Made by a program: the position numbers and the translations under genes. From contig JAKZUJ010000032.1 of NCBI GenBank assembly GCA_047516685.1, positions 1 to 61,232 of the forward strand: DNA of 61,232 nt, in the 5' to 3' direction. A model generated the notes under the pieces. That model was not told where the DNA came from. It was given only the letters and a program-made list of their open reading frames with translations, and searched no databases. Source of the DNA: Chloroflexota bacterium (lineage in GTDB: Bacteria > Chloroflexota > UBA11872). Below are positions 27,287-36,746 of this stretch, piece after piece (the first letter of the stretch is position 1; every line of letters begins with the position of its first letter).

Positions 27287-27470
27287 GCGTCGGCGCCTTG
27301 CTCGCGGCGCGCCCCGCCCGGACGATGCTGCCTGGTCCATTACCAGGCGCTCCCGTTCCCCCGGACTCTGGGTCGCGGGGTTGCGAGCCGCCCGCTCATC
27401 TCGCATCCTCGCCATGGACGCACCTTCGCCGCCGCGACAGCGATGTGGCACGTAGGGAGATAAACGGCCG

Positions 27471-28415
27471 GTGACGGAATCAAGCCTTGAGGCTTCGCCG
27501 GAGGGCCTGAAGCTGGAGAACAGCACGCCGCCGACGCGTGTCGAGCAGCGCTACACCGTCTGGCAGGCGATTCGGCACAACTGGGGCTTCATCGGGCTGC
27601 ACGCCAGCGTGCTCGCGGCATTCTTCGTGGGGGTCAGTTGGCCGGCGTTGGTGGCCTGCCTGGGCTTCTACTGGATGCGCGTGTTCTTCATCACGGGCTT
27701 TTATCACCGCTACTTCTCGCACCGCACGTTCCAGACAACCCGAGTGTTCCAGGCCGTGATGGCGGTGCTGGGCACACTGGGCATCCAGAAGGGGCCCTTG
27801 TGGTGGGCTGGGCATCACCGCTTCCACCATCGGCACTCCGACGATGAACAGGACGTGCACTCACCGCTGAAGGGTGGCTTCTGGTGGGCGCACATTGGAT
27901 GGTTGCTGGCCTATAACCGCGACGACACTCGCTGGGATGAGGTCAAGGACCTGAGTAGATTTCCGGAATTGCGCTGGCTCGACCGGTGGTACTTCGGCAG
28001 TACGCTGCTCTACGCGGGCGGCACTATCGCGTTGGGTTTCTGGCTGGAACGCGCATTTCCCGGCACGGGCGTGACCTGGGCCCAGGTGTTCGTGTGGTGC
28101 TTCCTCGTCAGCACCGTGATGTTGTTGCATACGACATACCTCATCAATTCAGGCGCGCACATGTGGGGAGGCCGCCGCTTTCCCACCAAAGACACCAGCC
28201 GGAACAATCTCATCCTGGCGCTGATCACGCTGGGCGAAGGCTGGCACAACAACCATCACCGCTACCCGGGCTCCGAGCGGAACGGCTTTTTCTGGTGGGA
28301 GATCGATGTCACTCACTACGTCCTGACCATTTTGAGTTGGACCGGATTGATCTGGGATCTGCGGCGACCGCCGGCGCACATCTACGACGAAGGCGCCGGC
28401 GCCGCTAGAGCGTGA
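27471..28415 (+). CDS. Membrane acyl-CoA/acyl-lipid (delta-9 type) fatty acid desaturase
   Basis: Three His boxes: HRYFSHR, HHRFHHRHSD and HNNHHRYP. Hydrophobic N-terminal segments are present. Confidence 0.85.
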   Translation: MTESSLEASPEGLKLENSTPPTRVEQRYTVWQAIRHNWGFIGLHASVLAAFFVGVSWPALVACLGFYWMRVFFITGFYHRYFSHRTFQTTRVFQAVMAVLGTLGIQKGPLWWAGHHRFHHRHSDDEQDVHSPLKGGFWWAHIGWLLAYNRDDTRWDEVKDLSRFPELRWLDRWYFGSTLLYAGGTIALGFWLERAFPGTGVTWAQVFVWCFLVSTVMLLHTTYLINSGAHMWGGRRFPTKDTSRNNLILALITLGEGWHNNHHRYPGSERNGFFWWEIDVTHYVLTILSWTGLIWDLRRPPAHIYDEGAGAARA

Positions 28416-28425
28416 GTTGACATAA

Positions 28426-29331
28426 ATGCGCGTCGCTGTCAGCGGGTCGACCGGGCTGGTTGGCGAGGCGCTCGTCCAAAGCCTGCGTGCGGACGGTCAC
28501 GACGTTGTGCGCCTCGTGCGCCCGGCGACAAGGTCCGCGCAGCAGGGTGATATCCGCTGGGATCCCGAAACCGGCGAGGTGGATCAGTCGGCGCTTGAAG
28601 GCGCCGATGCGGTTGTGCACCTCGCTGGCGAGACGATCAGCGCGCTGCGATGGACGCGCGACAAGCGACGACGAATCCGCGAGAGCCGCGTGCGCGGAAC
28701 GGACACGCTGGCTCGGGCCATCGCGGGCCTGTCCCGAAAGCCCTCGGTCCTGGTGTGCGCCGGCGCGACTGGCTACTACGGTGATCGCGGCGCTGAAGTA
28801 CTGGATGAGCGAAGCCCCCCGGGGCAAGGGTTTCTGGCCAACGTATCCACTGTGTGGGAAGCCGCGACGGCGCCGGCTGCTGACGCCGGGGCCCGGGTTG
28901 GCATCGCGCGCATGGCGCCGGTGATTGATGCTCGATCTCCCGTCGTGACCCGGATGCGGCTGCCGGTCATGCTGGGACTCGGCGGCTGGTTTGGCTCCGG
29001 CCGCCACTACTGGCCCTGGATTGCGCTTGACGACGTGGTGGGCGTCTTTCGTCTGGCGCTTGAGCGGGAGGCGCTTCGTGGGCCGATCGTGGTTGCCGCG
29101 CCCGAGCCCGTAACCAACCGTGAATTCGTGAAGACGATGGGCCGCGTGCTGCGACGTCCCGTGCTCTTTCCGGTGCCCTCGCTGGTCCTGCACGCGGCGC
29201 TTGGCGATTTCGCGCGCGAAGCGCTGCTTTGCAGTCAGCGGGTTGTCCCGCGGAAGCTTTTGGACATCGGCTACGAGTTCCGCCAGCCACGCCTGGAAGG
29301 GGCGATGCATGCGGCGCTCCGATCAGGCTAG
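28426..29331 (+). CDS. YfcH/TIGR01777-type atypical SDR epimerase-family protein (NAD-binding plus DUF1731-like C-terminus)
   Basis: MRVAVSGSTGLVGEAL (GxxGxxG) and a C-terminal ...CSQRVVPRKLLDIGYEFRQP resemble YfcH-family proteins. Confidence 0.8.
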   Translation: MRVAVSGSTGLVGEALVQSLRADGHDVVRLVRPATRSAQQGDIRWDPETGEVDQSALEGADAVVHLAGETISALRWTRDKRRRIRESRVRGTDTLARAIAGLSRKPSVLVCAGATGYYGDRGAEVLDERSPPGQGFLANVSTVWEAATAPAADAGARVGIARMAPVIDARSPVVTRMRLPVMLGLGGWFGSGRHYWPWIALDDVVGVFRLALEREALRGPIVVAAPEPVTNREFVKTMGRVLRRPVLFPVPSLVLHAALGDFAREALLCSQRVVPRKLLDIGYEFRQPRLEGAMHAALRSG

Positions 29332-29375
29332 GTCCATGCACCGCCCATGAGTTGGCGCAGCCGGCCGGAAGTGCC

Positions 29376-31841
29376 GTGATTTACCGGCGACTCCCAAGGG
29401 CGCGGCCGGTGGCTCGAATTTCGGTCGCTGTCCGCAAGTGCCGCGTTGCCGCCGTGAGCCTTGCGGCATTTGCTCTCGTCGCGCTGTCAGCGACGGGTAG
29501 CGCGGCGGGCCCGGCCAGTTTTCCGCTCCATGAGGGCTTCTTCTTTATGCCGACCGGCGGTGGCGGGGGGCTGGGTTACGCAGTCCGGGACGAGCCCGGA
29601 GCCGGATTCTGGACAGCCTTTCAGGACCTCGGCGGCCACGAGGTCCTCGGATATCCCGTGTCTCAGGCATGGCGCGAAGGACCATTCGCATTCCAGGCGT
29701 TTCAGCGGGCGTTGCTCCAGGCTGCTCCTGACGGCCAAGTCCGCCCCGCCAATATTTATGACCTGTTATCCGCAGCCGGGCACGACGACTGGCTGCGGAC
29801 GGTAAAGGGTGTGCCGCCGGTTGCGCTATTGCCTCCCGAGGCCGGTCCGTTGGCTCGCTTGGAGACCATGACGGTCGCTGCGGAAATTCAACGGTATTGG
29901 CGTGACGCCCCGAATGCCCTGAGTCGCTTCGGGTTGCCGCTGGGCTACGCATCAGGTGCGGGCGGCGGGGTGCTCCGCGCACAACGCGCGGTTCTGCGGC
30001 TTCATGATGGCGTCGTGCGACTGGCCCCGGCCGGTGATCACTTCAAACAGGCTGGGATGATCCCGGCGTTACCTGCGACGCCAGTGGCGCCGCCGCGAAT
30101 TCCACGACCGCTGGTAGATGCCCACGACCTGCTGGTGACCAGCGTGGCCTTCGACCCCTCAGGTTCCCAGTTCGCTTCCGGTGGATACGACCGGAAAGTC
30201 GTCATATGGGACCGGGCGACCTTGACGCCCGTCCACGAACTGGACGGCCATTACGACGGGATTTACGAAGTCGCCTATTCGCCTGACGGTTCGGTGCTTG
30301 CCAGTGCTTCCGAGGATGACACGGTGCGACTGTGGGATCCCCGAACAGGTCAGCTCTTGCAGGTGCTCGAAGCTAGTGAACGGTGGTTCACGAGCGTCGC
30401 CTTCAGCCCAGATGGAACAAAGGTGGCGGCCACCACCTACGGCGCGGTGCACGTGTGGGATGTGGCAACGGGGGAACATCTGATCGAGTTCGACGACATC
30501 GACGCCTGGTCAAACGGTGTCGCTTTTACGATGGACGGCAGTCGCCTGATCACGACCGGCTGGGCCGGAGCGGACATCTGGGACCTGACAACGGGCGAGC
30601 GCCTGCTCTCGCTCAGCGATCAGCACACGCGCGCCGTGCTTTCCCTGGCCATCAGTCCCGACGGCACGCGCTTGGTCACCGGCGCTGACGACAACACGGC
30701 CGTGATATGGGACGCGAACGATGGGTCGGCCCTGGCCACGCTCAAGGGCCACAAAGACTCCGTCTGGCAGGTGGCGTTCAGCCCTGACGGGCGCCGGCTG
30801 GCCACGGCATCCGGCGACGAAACCGTGGCTGTGTGGGATGTCGCAACGGCAACGAGGCTGTACAGCCTGACTGGCCATCGGGCGCAAGTACAAGGAGTCA
30901 GCTTCAGCCCGGACGGCGAACTCCTGATTTCGGGGAGCTGGGACGGTGACGTGGGCGTGTGGTCCACGGCGCTGTCGGAATTGGCAGCCGAAGCCTCCCT
31001 GCCTGCGCCGGTCAATGCGGTGGACTTCAGTCCCGACGGCGGGACCGTGGCGGCCGCCTTGAACGACGGCTCGCTTGTGATTGTCGGAACCGAAGGTGAG
31101 ATCCGAGCGTCGATCGCGGCCCATGATCGCCCGGCCCGTGCCGTGTCCTTCTCGCCGGACGGACAGACTCTTGCCTCCGGCGGGGACGACGGCCGAGTGC
31201 GGCTGTGGGACGCGGCGCGCGGCGTCCTGCTGGCTGAAGCGCCGACCGTGCCGGACAGCGTGACCGCTTTGACGTTCGCATCGGACGGTTACCTGCTGGC
31301 CGGTGATGCCCGAGGTGTCGTGCGCAGCCTGGACGCGAGCAGCGGTGCCGAGCGCTGGGCCGCTGTGGCATCTGCCTCCGTCACGGCGCTTGCAACTGAC
31401 GGTAATGACCTCGCGGCGGTTGGCACGTTCCGCGAGATTTTGCTGCTGGATGCCGCGACTGGCGCCGAGCGGCTGCGGATAACGGGCTTTGATGATTGGA
31501 TTCGCACGATCCGCTTCGACCCGGAGGTCGACGAGATGGCTGTCGCGGATGGTCACAAGGTCAAGATTTTGGAGAGCGGCTCCAACAGTCTGCTGCGAGA
31601 GATTGAGCCGGAGGCGGGACTCATCACGGCGATGGCCTATCAGCCACACTGGGGCGACCTGGCCATTGGCGCCTACCAGCGCGCCTACCTGCGCGACCCG
31701 ACAGGCAGCCTGCGCCTTGGCCGCATCATCGATGCGCATATCGACTGGATCCGAGCGCTGGCGTACAGCCCAGACGGTGCGCTGCTTGCCACGGTCGGGG
31801 ACGACCGCGCGCTGCGTTTCTGGGTCACTGGCGCTCCCTAA
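29376..31841 (+). CDS. Secreted WD40-repeat protein (~12-14 blades) with an unassigned ~220-aa N-terminal domain
   Basis: ORF 29229..31841. GTG 29376 is chosen because it sits just downstream of the previous gene's stop (29331) and gives a signal-like N-terminus (VAAVSLAAFALVALSATGSAAG). Many SPDG...D.T..(V/L)WD units are present (e.g. VAYSPDGSVLASASEDDTVRLWD). Confidence 0.8.
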   Translation: MIYRRLPRARPVARISVAVRKCRVAAVSLAAFALVALSATGSAAGPASFPLHEGFFFMPTGGGGGLGYAVRDEPGAGFWTAFQDLGGHEVLGYPVSQAWREGPFAFQAFQRALLQAAPDGQVRPANIYDLLSAAGHDDWLRTVKGVPPVALLPPEAGPLARLETMTVAAEIQRYWRDAPNALSRFGLPLGYASGAGGGVLRAQRAVLRLHDGVVRLAPAGDHFKQAGMIPALPATPVAPPRIPRPLVDAHDLLVTSVAFDPSGSQFASGGYDRKVVIWDRATLTPVHELDGHYDGIYEVAYSPDGSVLASASEDDTVRLWDPRTGQLLQVLEASERWFTSVAFSPDGTKVAATTYGAVHVWDVATGEHLIEFDDIDAWSNGVAFTMDGSRLITTGWAGADIWDLTTGERLLSLSDQHTRAVLSLAISPDGTRLVTGADDNTAVIWDANDGSALATLKGHKDSVWQVAFSPDGRRLATASGDETVAVWDVATATRLYSLTGHRAQVQGVSFSPDGELLISGSWDGDVGVWSTALSELAAEASLPAPVNAVDFSPDGGTVAAALNDGSLVIVGTEGEIRASIAAHDRPARAVSFSPDGQTLASGGDDGRVRLWDAARGVLLAEAPTVPDSVTALTFASDGYLLAGDARGVVRSLDASSGAERWAAVASASVTALATDGNDLAAVGTFREILLLDAATGAERLRITGFDDWIRTIRFDPEVDEMAVADGHKVKILESGSNSLLREIEPEAGLITAMAYQPHWGDLAIGAYQRAYLRDPTGSLRLGRIIDAHIDWIRALAYSPDGALLATVGDDRALRFWVTGAP

Positions 31842-31931
31842 CCCAGCCGGGTCCACGCACTAACGCAGATCGACGCCTGGCTGACGGTCTTTACGGGACT
31901 GGCGTCCGCCGCGGCCGCTGCGTGGGTCTGG

Positions 31932-33065
31932 TTGCTGATCGGTCGCGGCTGGTACTGGCGAACCGACGTGCAGCTGCCAGCGACGAGCCCGGACACGGCG
32001 TCGAACGACTGGCCGGCCGTGACAGTCGTAGTGCCTGCGCGCAACGAGGCAACGGTTCTCCCGTCAACGCTGCCCACGCTGTTGCGTCAGGACTATCCAG
32101 GGCGCCTGAAGGTCGTCGTGGTGGACGACTCCAGCACCGACGGCACCGCGGACGTTGCCGTGGGAATTGGCGCTCGTTCCGACGTCCGTGAAGTCAGCGT
32201 CATCACTGCGCCTTCGCTGCCGGACGGATGGGCCGGCAAGGTCTGGGCCATGCACACCGGCGCGACGTCGGATTCAGTCAGATCCTGTGACTTCGTACTG
32301 TTCACCGACGCGGACATTGCGCACCCGCCCGACCACCTTCGGCGACTGATCGGCCAGGCCCGACAAAGGGATCTGGACCTCGCATCAGTGATGGCGCACC
32401 TGCGGGCGGTCTCGCCATTCGAACGGCTACTGGCGCCAGCCTTCGTCTACTTCTTTGGTCTGCTCTACCCTTTCCGCTGGTCGAACGACCCTGGGCAAAA
32501 GACGGCAGCCGCCGCCGGTGGCTGCATGCTGGTCCGTCGGCGCCTGTTCGAGCGGATAGGCGGCTTTGAGCCGCTCCGCGGCGAGATCATTGACGACTGC
32601 GCGCTGGCAGCCGCCATCAAGCGCGCCGGCGGCCGAACGTGGCTGGGACTTGCACACGACGTATGTAGCCTGCGCAGTTACGCCGGACTGCCGGGGATCT
32701 GGCACGTGGTGGCACGGACGGCCTACACGCAGCTTGCCTACTCGCCCGTGCGGCTTGTCGGGGCGGTCGTCGGTCTGCTGTTGGCTTTCGGTGCGCCGCC
32801 GGCCGCGGCTATCGCCGGGGTCATTGGGCTCGCCGCGGGAGAGCAGATCAGTGTTTCCGCGGCCGCGCTGGCAAGTGGAGTGACCGGTTGGGGGCTGATG
32901 GCCTTCAGCTACCTGCCGATGACGCGCTGGTACGGAGGGTCGGCGCTGCGGACGTCCACCCTGCCTTTGGCCGCGGCCTTCTACGTCGCTATGACGGTGG
33001 ACTCGGCGCGACGCCACATGGCAGGGATCGGTGGCGGTTGGAAGGGTCGAACTTACGATCGCTAG
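31932..33065 (+). CDS. Family-2 glycosyltransferase, HpnB-like
   Basis: Motifs: VTVVVPARNEA, VVVVDDSSTDGT, GWAGKVWA and FTDADI. The first canonical start is TTG 31932, but a TM-like segment continues in frame upstream (see findings). Confidence 0.8.
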   Translation: MLIGRGWYWRTDVQLPATSPDTASNDWPAVTVVVPARNEATVLPSTLPTLLRQDYPGRLKVVVVDDSSTDGTADVAVGIGARSDVREVSVITAPSLPDGWAGKVWAMHTGATSDSVRSCDFVLFTDADIAHPPDHLRRLIGQARQRDLDLASVMAHLRAVSPFERLLAPAFVYFFGLLYPFRWSNDPGQKTAAAAGGCMLVRRRLFERIGGFEPLRGEIIDDCALAAAIKRAGGRTWLGLAHDVCSLRSYAGLPGIWHVVARTAYTQLAYSPVRLVGAVVGLLLAFGAPPAAAIAGVIGLAAGEQISVSAAALASGVTGWGLMAFSYLPMTRWYGGSALRTSTLPLAAAFYVAMTVDSARRHMAGIGGGWKGRTYDR

Positions 33066-33249
33066 CTAGGCGACGTGTGACCTCCCAATTTGCCTGGACC
33101 AAGCCGTCAGTTGCGACGACCAGCGGCGCCAGACTTCGAAAGCAAGGATGGTCGGGGCCCCCACCTCAACCGGCGCAGCACGACAGCGAACAGTTTGAGG
33201 CCGTATGTCCGGGATAGACTGCCGCGGCCGCGCCGGGGGAGCACATCCC

Positions 33250-34479
33250 ATGCAGATCGATCCCGAGCGATTCCTCGACGACGGATTCCTGATTCTGAAG
33301 AACGTCGTTCCGCCCGAACGGCTGGACGGGCTACGCGCCAGCTTCGAAACGCTGGTGGACCGGCAGCAGGCCATCTGGGCGCGTGATCGCGACCACCCAA
33401 GCAGCTTCGCTTACATGGCCAAGCAGCCTCGCCTCGCGTTTCAGACCGTCATAGATGCAGCGACGGCCAACACGGTGGAGTTTTGTCTCCACGAAAACAC
33501 GCTCGGTGTAAGCCGGCAGGCGCTTGCCACACGCGACGTGGGGCTGAAGCAAATGATCCTCCTGTGCAACCCAGAGGCCGACTATGGACCGGATTTGTGG
33601 CATCGCGATGTAAGTCATGGGCCAACAAACAATGCTCCCCTGGCGGGTTTACAGGCGGACATGCTGGCCAACGGTCCGAGCTCCGTGCAGTGGAACATCC
33701 CGCTGTACGACGATGATGTGCTGTGGATCGTCCCCGGCAGTCATCGGCGTCTGAACACGGCGCTGGAGAATCAGGAGCTCTTGAACGACCCCCGCGCACC
33801 GCTTTCGAGCTGTACGCAGGTCAGGCTCAAGGCCGGCGACGGCGTCATGTACATCAACACCATCTTGCATTGGCCCAGCAACTACAGCACCAAGCTGCGG
33901 CGCATCATCCATCTCAGGTACACCTCGTTCGGTGGCCAGCTGTATCCGTACGGCTCCCGCTTCCTTTGGGAGCCAAGTTTCGTCAAGCATCTATCGGCGG
34001 AGGGACGAGCGGTCTTCCAGCGGTTTATCGCACTGGCTGAACACGAGGACGATCGGATCGAAGCGTTCTATCGCGCGATTCTCGCCCAGGATCCAGAAGC
34101 ATTCCGGCAGGCTCTGGCCCTGCTGCATCCAGGCGACACCGGGCGGATGATCTGCCTGGTCCTTTTGTCGAAACTGGCTCACAGGATCGGCGCGCTGAAG
34201 CGCCCGGAGCTGGCCAACCTACCGGAAGGCGAGCGCGCGTCAGCTGTAGGCGAGCAAACCTTCAGCATCAGCAATCTCGAGGCGCTGGCCCGGCGATTCA
34301 CCGTCGCTGAAACGAGGCTGCTTGGACAGCGCTTTGAATCGTTGGACGCCAAGCTCCAAATGGAGGCCGAGCAGTTTGTGCCAAGTCTCTCGAGCAGACC
34401 GACCCGCTACGCGCAGGAGCAAATGCCCGCCGATTTTGGCCTGGACGACTTCATCGCGAGTTGGAGCAATGCCGCCTAG
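33250..34479 (+). CDS. PhyH-family dioxygenase with a ~140-aa helical C-terminal extension
   Basis: ATG 33250 within ORF 33205..34479. Motifs: FLDDGFLILKNVVPPERL, WHRDVSH (HxD) and WIVPGSHRR. Confidence 0.75.
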   Translation: MQIDPERFLDDGFLILKNVVPPERLDGLRASFETLVDRQQAIWARDRDHPSSFAYMAKQPRLAFQTVIDAATANTVEFCLHENTLGVSRQALATRDVGLKQMILLCNPEADYGPDLWHRDVSHGPTNNAPLAGLQADMLANGPSSVQWNIPLYDDDVLWIVPGSHRRLNTALENQELLNDPRAPLSSCTQVRLKAGDGVMYINTILHWPSNYSTKLRRIIHLRYTSFGGQLYPYGSRFLWEPSFVKHLSAEGRAVFQRFIALAEHEDDRIEAFYRAILAQDPEAFRQALALLHPGDTGRMICLVLLSKLAHRIGALKRPELANLPEGERASAVGEQTFSISNLEALARRFTVAETRLLGQRFESLDAKLQMEAEQFVPSLSSRPTRYAQEQMPADFGLDDFIASWSNAA

Positions 34480-34647
34480 GCTCAAAGAGGACCGCTAACC
34501 GCGTCGACGCTCACACCGTCACTCCGGCGTGCGCCGGAATCCAGATGGCGTCCAACGGTGTCTCGACACCCAGCCCAGGAACGTGCTCCCATCGTGTCCC
34601 GCAATGATCTTCTGTGGGGTCGGTGCCATGTGGCCATCACGTAACAG

Positions 34648-34724
34648 GTTTGGATGTTGGTCGGGGCGGCCGGATTTGAACCGGCGACCTCCTGACCCCC
34701 AGTCAGGTGCGCTACCAGCCTGCG
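34648..34724 (-). tRNA. tRNA-Pro (anticodon GGG)
   Basis: The reverse complement reads CGGGGCGTGGCGCAGGCTGGTAGCGCACCTGACTGGGGGTCAGGAGGTCGCCGGTTCAAATCCGGCCGCCCCGACCA. This gives a 7-bp acceptor stem, a CCTGA/TCAGG anticodon stem with loop CTGGGGG, a GGTTCAAATCC T-arm and an encoded CCA. Confidence 0.9.
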
Positions 34725-34748
34725 CCACGCCCCGGAGATGCGAGTCTA

Positions 34749-35792
34749 TCAGCGAGCTGTTGGCGTTGATGGGCCGCGCGGCGCCACGGCGCGGCGAAGT
34801 CGCCGGTAGCGGCGCCACACATGCCAGGGCCACGACGGTCCCGCGACGAAGGGGCGGATGTCCTTCCAGGCAACTCGACGACGCGCGGCCATGCGCTGTC
34901 GCTGTCGCAGCATTGGCCCAAGAGCGCGTAAAGCGGCCATCCTGCCACGCAGCGCCGCAAGGTTGCGCTGGCGAGCCATCGTGATTGGCAGCGAGGCCAG
35001 GTCATAGGCCACCAGCGGCAGCCCGTAGATCAGCAAGGCGTGGGCGGGGTGGTTCTTGGCAATCGTCCAGATCTTGTTGCGACCCAGGTGAAACGTTTTG
35101 AAGGCCGACTCTTCAGTACCCGTGGCCGAGTGCGCATGCAGCACCCGGGCTTCCGGTACATAGCGGGCCGTCCATCCCAGCCAGCGGGCGCGCCACGCCA
35201 GGTCCACATCCTCCAGGTAGGCGAAGAATGCCGGATCGAAGCCACCGGTCTCATCCAGCAACGCTTTTCGATATAGCGCTGCCCCGGCGCATGCGCCAAA
35301 GACCTCGCCTGCTGCGTCGGAGCCAACAGGCTCGGCGTTGTGCCGGTCCCAGGCAATCCCCAGCACGTCGGTCACAACCCCGGCTGAATCGATGATGCCG
35401 GGATCACGGTCCAGCACGATGCGACTGCTGAACGATCCGGCTTCGGGATGCTGGCGCGCCGCTTGCACGAGTGCCTGGAGCCAGTCGGGATCGGGCACCG
35501 CGTCGTTATTCAAGGTCGCGACCAGATCGGCACGCGCCAGCCCAAACCCAATGTTGTTTGCCGCGGCAAACCCGTGATTGGTCGCTAGCTGCTGCAATGC
35601 GATCTGCGGATGCTCGCGAGCAATCCACTCGGCGCTGCCGTCGGTGCTGCCGTTTTCCACAACAATAGTCTCGAACGTCACGCCGATCTGGGCGCGCAGA
35701 GCCGGCAGGCAGCGCCGCAAGTGGCGCAGCCCGTTCCAGGTCACGATCACGATCGAGACCTCGGGCTGGTCGTTCACGGCGCCGACAGCCAT
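34749..35792 (-). CDS. Family-2 glycosyltransferase (rhamnosyltransferase-like)
   Basis: Motifs: VSIVIVTWNG, VVENGSTDGS and LNNDAV (DxD-type region). Confidence 0.85.
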   Translation of the reverse strand: MAVGAVNDQPEVSIVIVTWNGLRHLRRCLPALRAQIGVTFETIVVENGSTDGSAEWIAREHPQIALQQLATNHGFAAANNIGFGLARADLVATLNNDAVPDPDWLQALVQAARQHPEAGSFSSRIVLDRDPGIIDSAGVVTDVLGIAWDRHNAEPVGSDAAGEVFGACAGAALYRKALLDETGGFDPAFFAYLEDVDLAWRARWLGWTARYVPEARVLHAHSATGTEESAFKTFHLGRNKIWTIAKNHPAHALLIYGLPLVAYDLASLPITMARQRNLAALRGRMAALRALGPMLRQRQRMAARRRVAWKDIRPFVAGPSWPWHVWRRYRRLRRAVAPRGPSTPTAR

Positions 35793-35891
35793 CGTTGGCC
35801 GGCATGGCCAGCTTGAGACTGCCGAGTCGCCCGGCGCGGCGGGCCGATTGGGTCTACGCTTGCGCGGGCGCTCGGTGGTTTCCGCTCAGTC

Positions 35892-36746
35892 ATGCAACGC
35901 CAACTTCGGTCGATCTCTCCCACGCAGCTGCGTGCGTACGACACCTGCCCGCTCCAGTATCGGATGCGCTACGTGGAACGGGTTCCGACCAGGGACTCGC
36001 CGGCATCACTGGTCGGCCAGGCGGTCCACGCCGCCCTTGAAAGTAATTTCCTCCTGAAGCGCCGTAGCGGTCGCGATCTCGAAGGAGAGGACGCCGCCGA
36101 GGTGTTCGATGACGTCTGGGAGGCTCGATTTCCGCCCGGCGCGGCGTCGGGACCATTGGCGGAGGACTTCGATCGCGCCTATGCGTCGGGCCAATCGGTC
36201 TTGGAACTCTACTTGGCCGAGGTGGCGCCCAGTGTCATTCCGCACCTGGTCGAGCACCGCTTCCGATTTGACATTCCCGGTGTCCAGGTCCAGTTGGTCG
36301 GAACCGTTGACCTGATCGACCGGAACGGAGTGGTGATCGATCACAAGACGTCGGTCAAACCCTACCCCGAGGCGTATCCCAGTCGAGACCTGCAATTGCA
36401 GTGCTACGCGATCGGGTACGGGGTCTTCAGAGCCGGGACGCGGATTCGTCCGGGTAGCTTGCCGGCGGCGTTCTTTATCCCCCCGGTTCGGGTCGATGTG
36501 CTGGTACGCGAAGACCCTCCGTATATCCAGCAGCTGACCGGCTCATACGGGCGAGAGGACCTGGAAGGCTTTTCGGCCCGTGTCACCGCGATCGTGGCCG
36601 GAATTGAATCGGCGGCCTTCGATCCGTTTTGGCAGGCGCCGGATCGGATTACCGACCGCCAGGTTTGCCGCCGCTGTCCCTATGGCCGCGTGTGTTCCGC
36701 GTCGCTCGTGCGGGATGAATTACTGGAGGACGGCGGCCAGGATTGA
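35892..36746 (+). CDS. PD-(D/E)XK nuclease, Cas4/RecB-like with a 4-Cys cluster
   Basis: An N-terminal Cys (YDTCPLQY), VDLID...IDHKT (D...DxK), QLQCYAIGY (QxxxY) and C-terminal CRRCPYGRVC match the Cas4/AddB-type iron-sulfur nuclease layout. Confidence 0.7.
   Translation: MQRQLRSISPTQLRAYDTCPLQYRMRYVERVPTRDSPASLVGQAVHAALESNFLLKRRSGRDLEGEDAAEVFDDVWEARFPPGAASGPLAEDFDRAYASGQSVLELYLAEVAPSVIPHLVEHRFRFDIPGVQVQLVGTVDLIDRNGVVIDHKTSVKPYPEAYPSRDLQLQCYAIGYGVFRAGTRIRPGSLPAAFFIPPVRVDVLVREDPPYIQQLTGSYGREDLEGFSARVTAIVAGIESAAFDPFWQAPDRITDRQVCRRCPYGRVCSASLVRDELLEDGGQD

Noticed and set aside
34518-34544. gtcactccggcgtgcgccggaatccag next to tRNA-Pro, a possible att site or mobile-element scar.
   Set aside because: It looks like a single degenerate copy of the common tcc(c/g)gc...gc(c/g)ggaatc palindromic intergenic repeat (the kind that yields spurious IPA.AGIQ ORFs). 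No integrase, direct repeat of the tRNA 3' end, or foreign gene block lies nearby.
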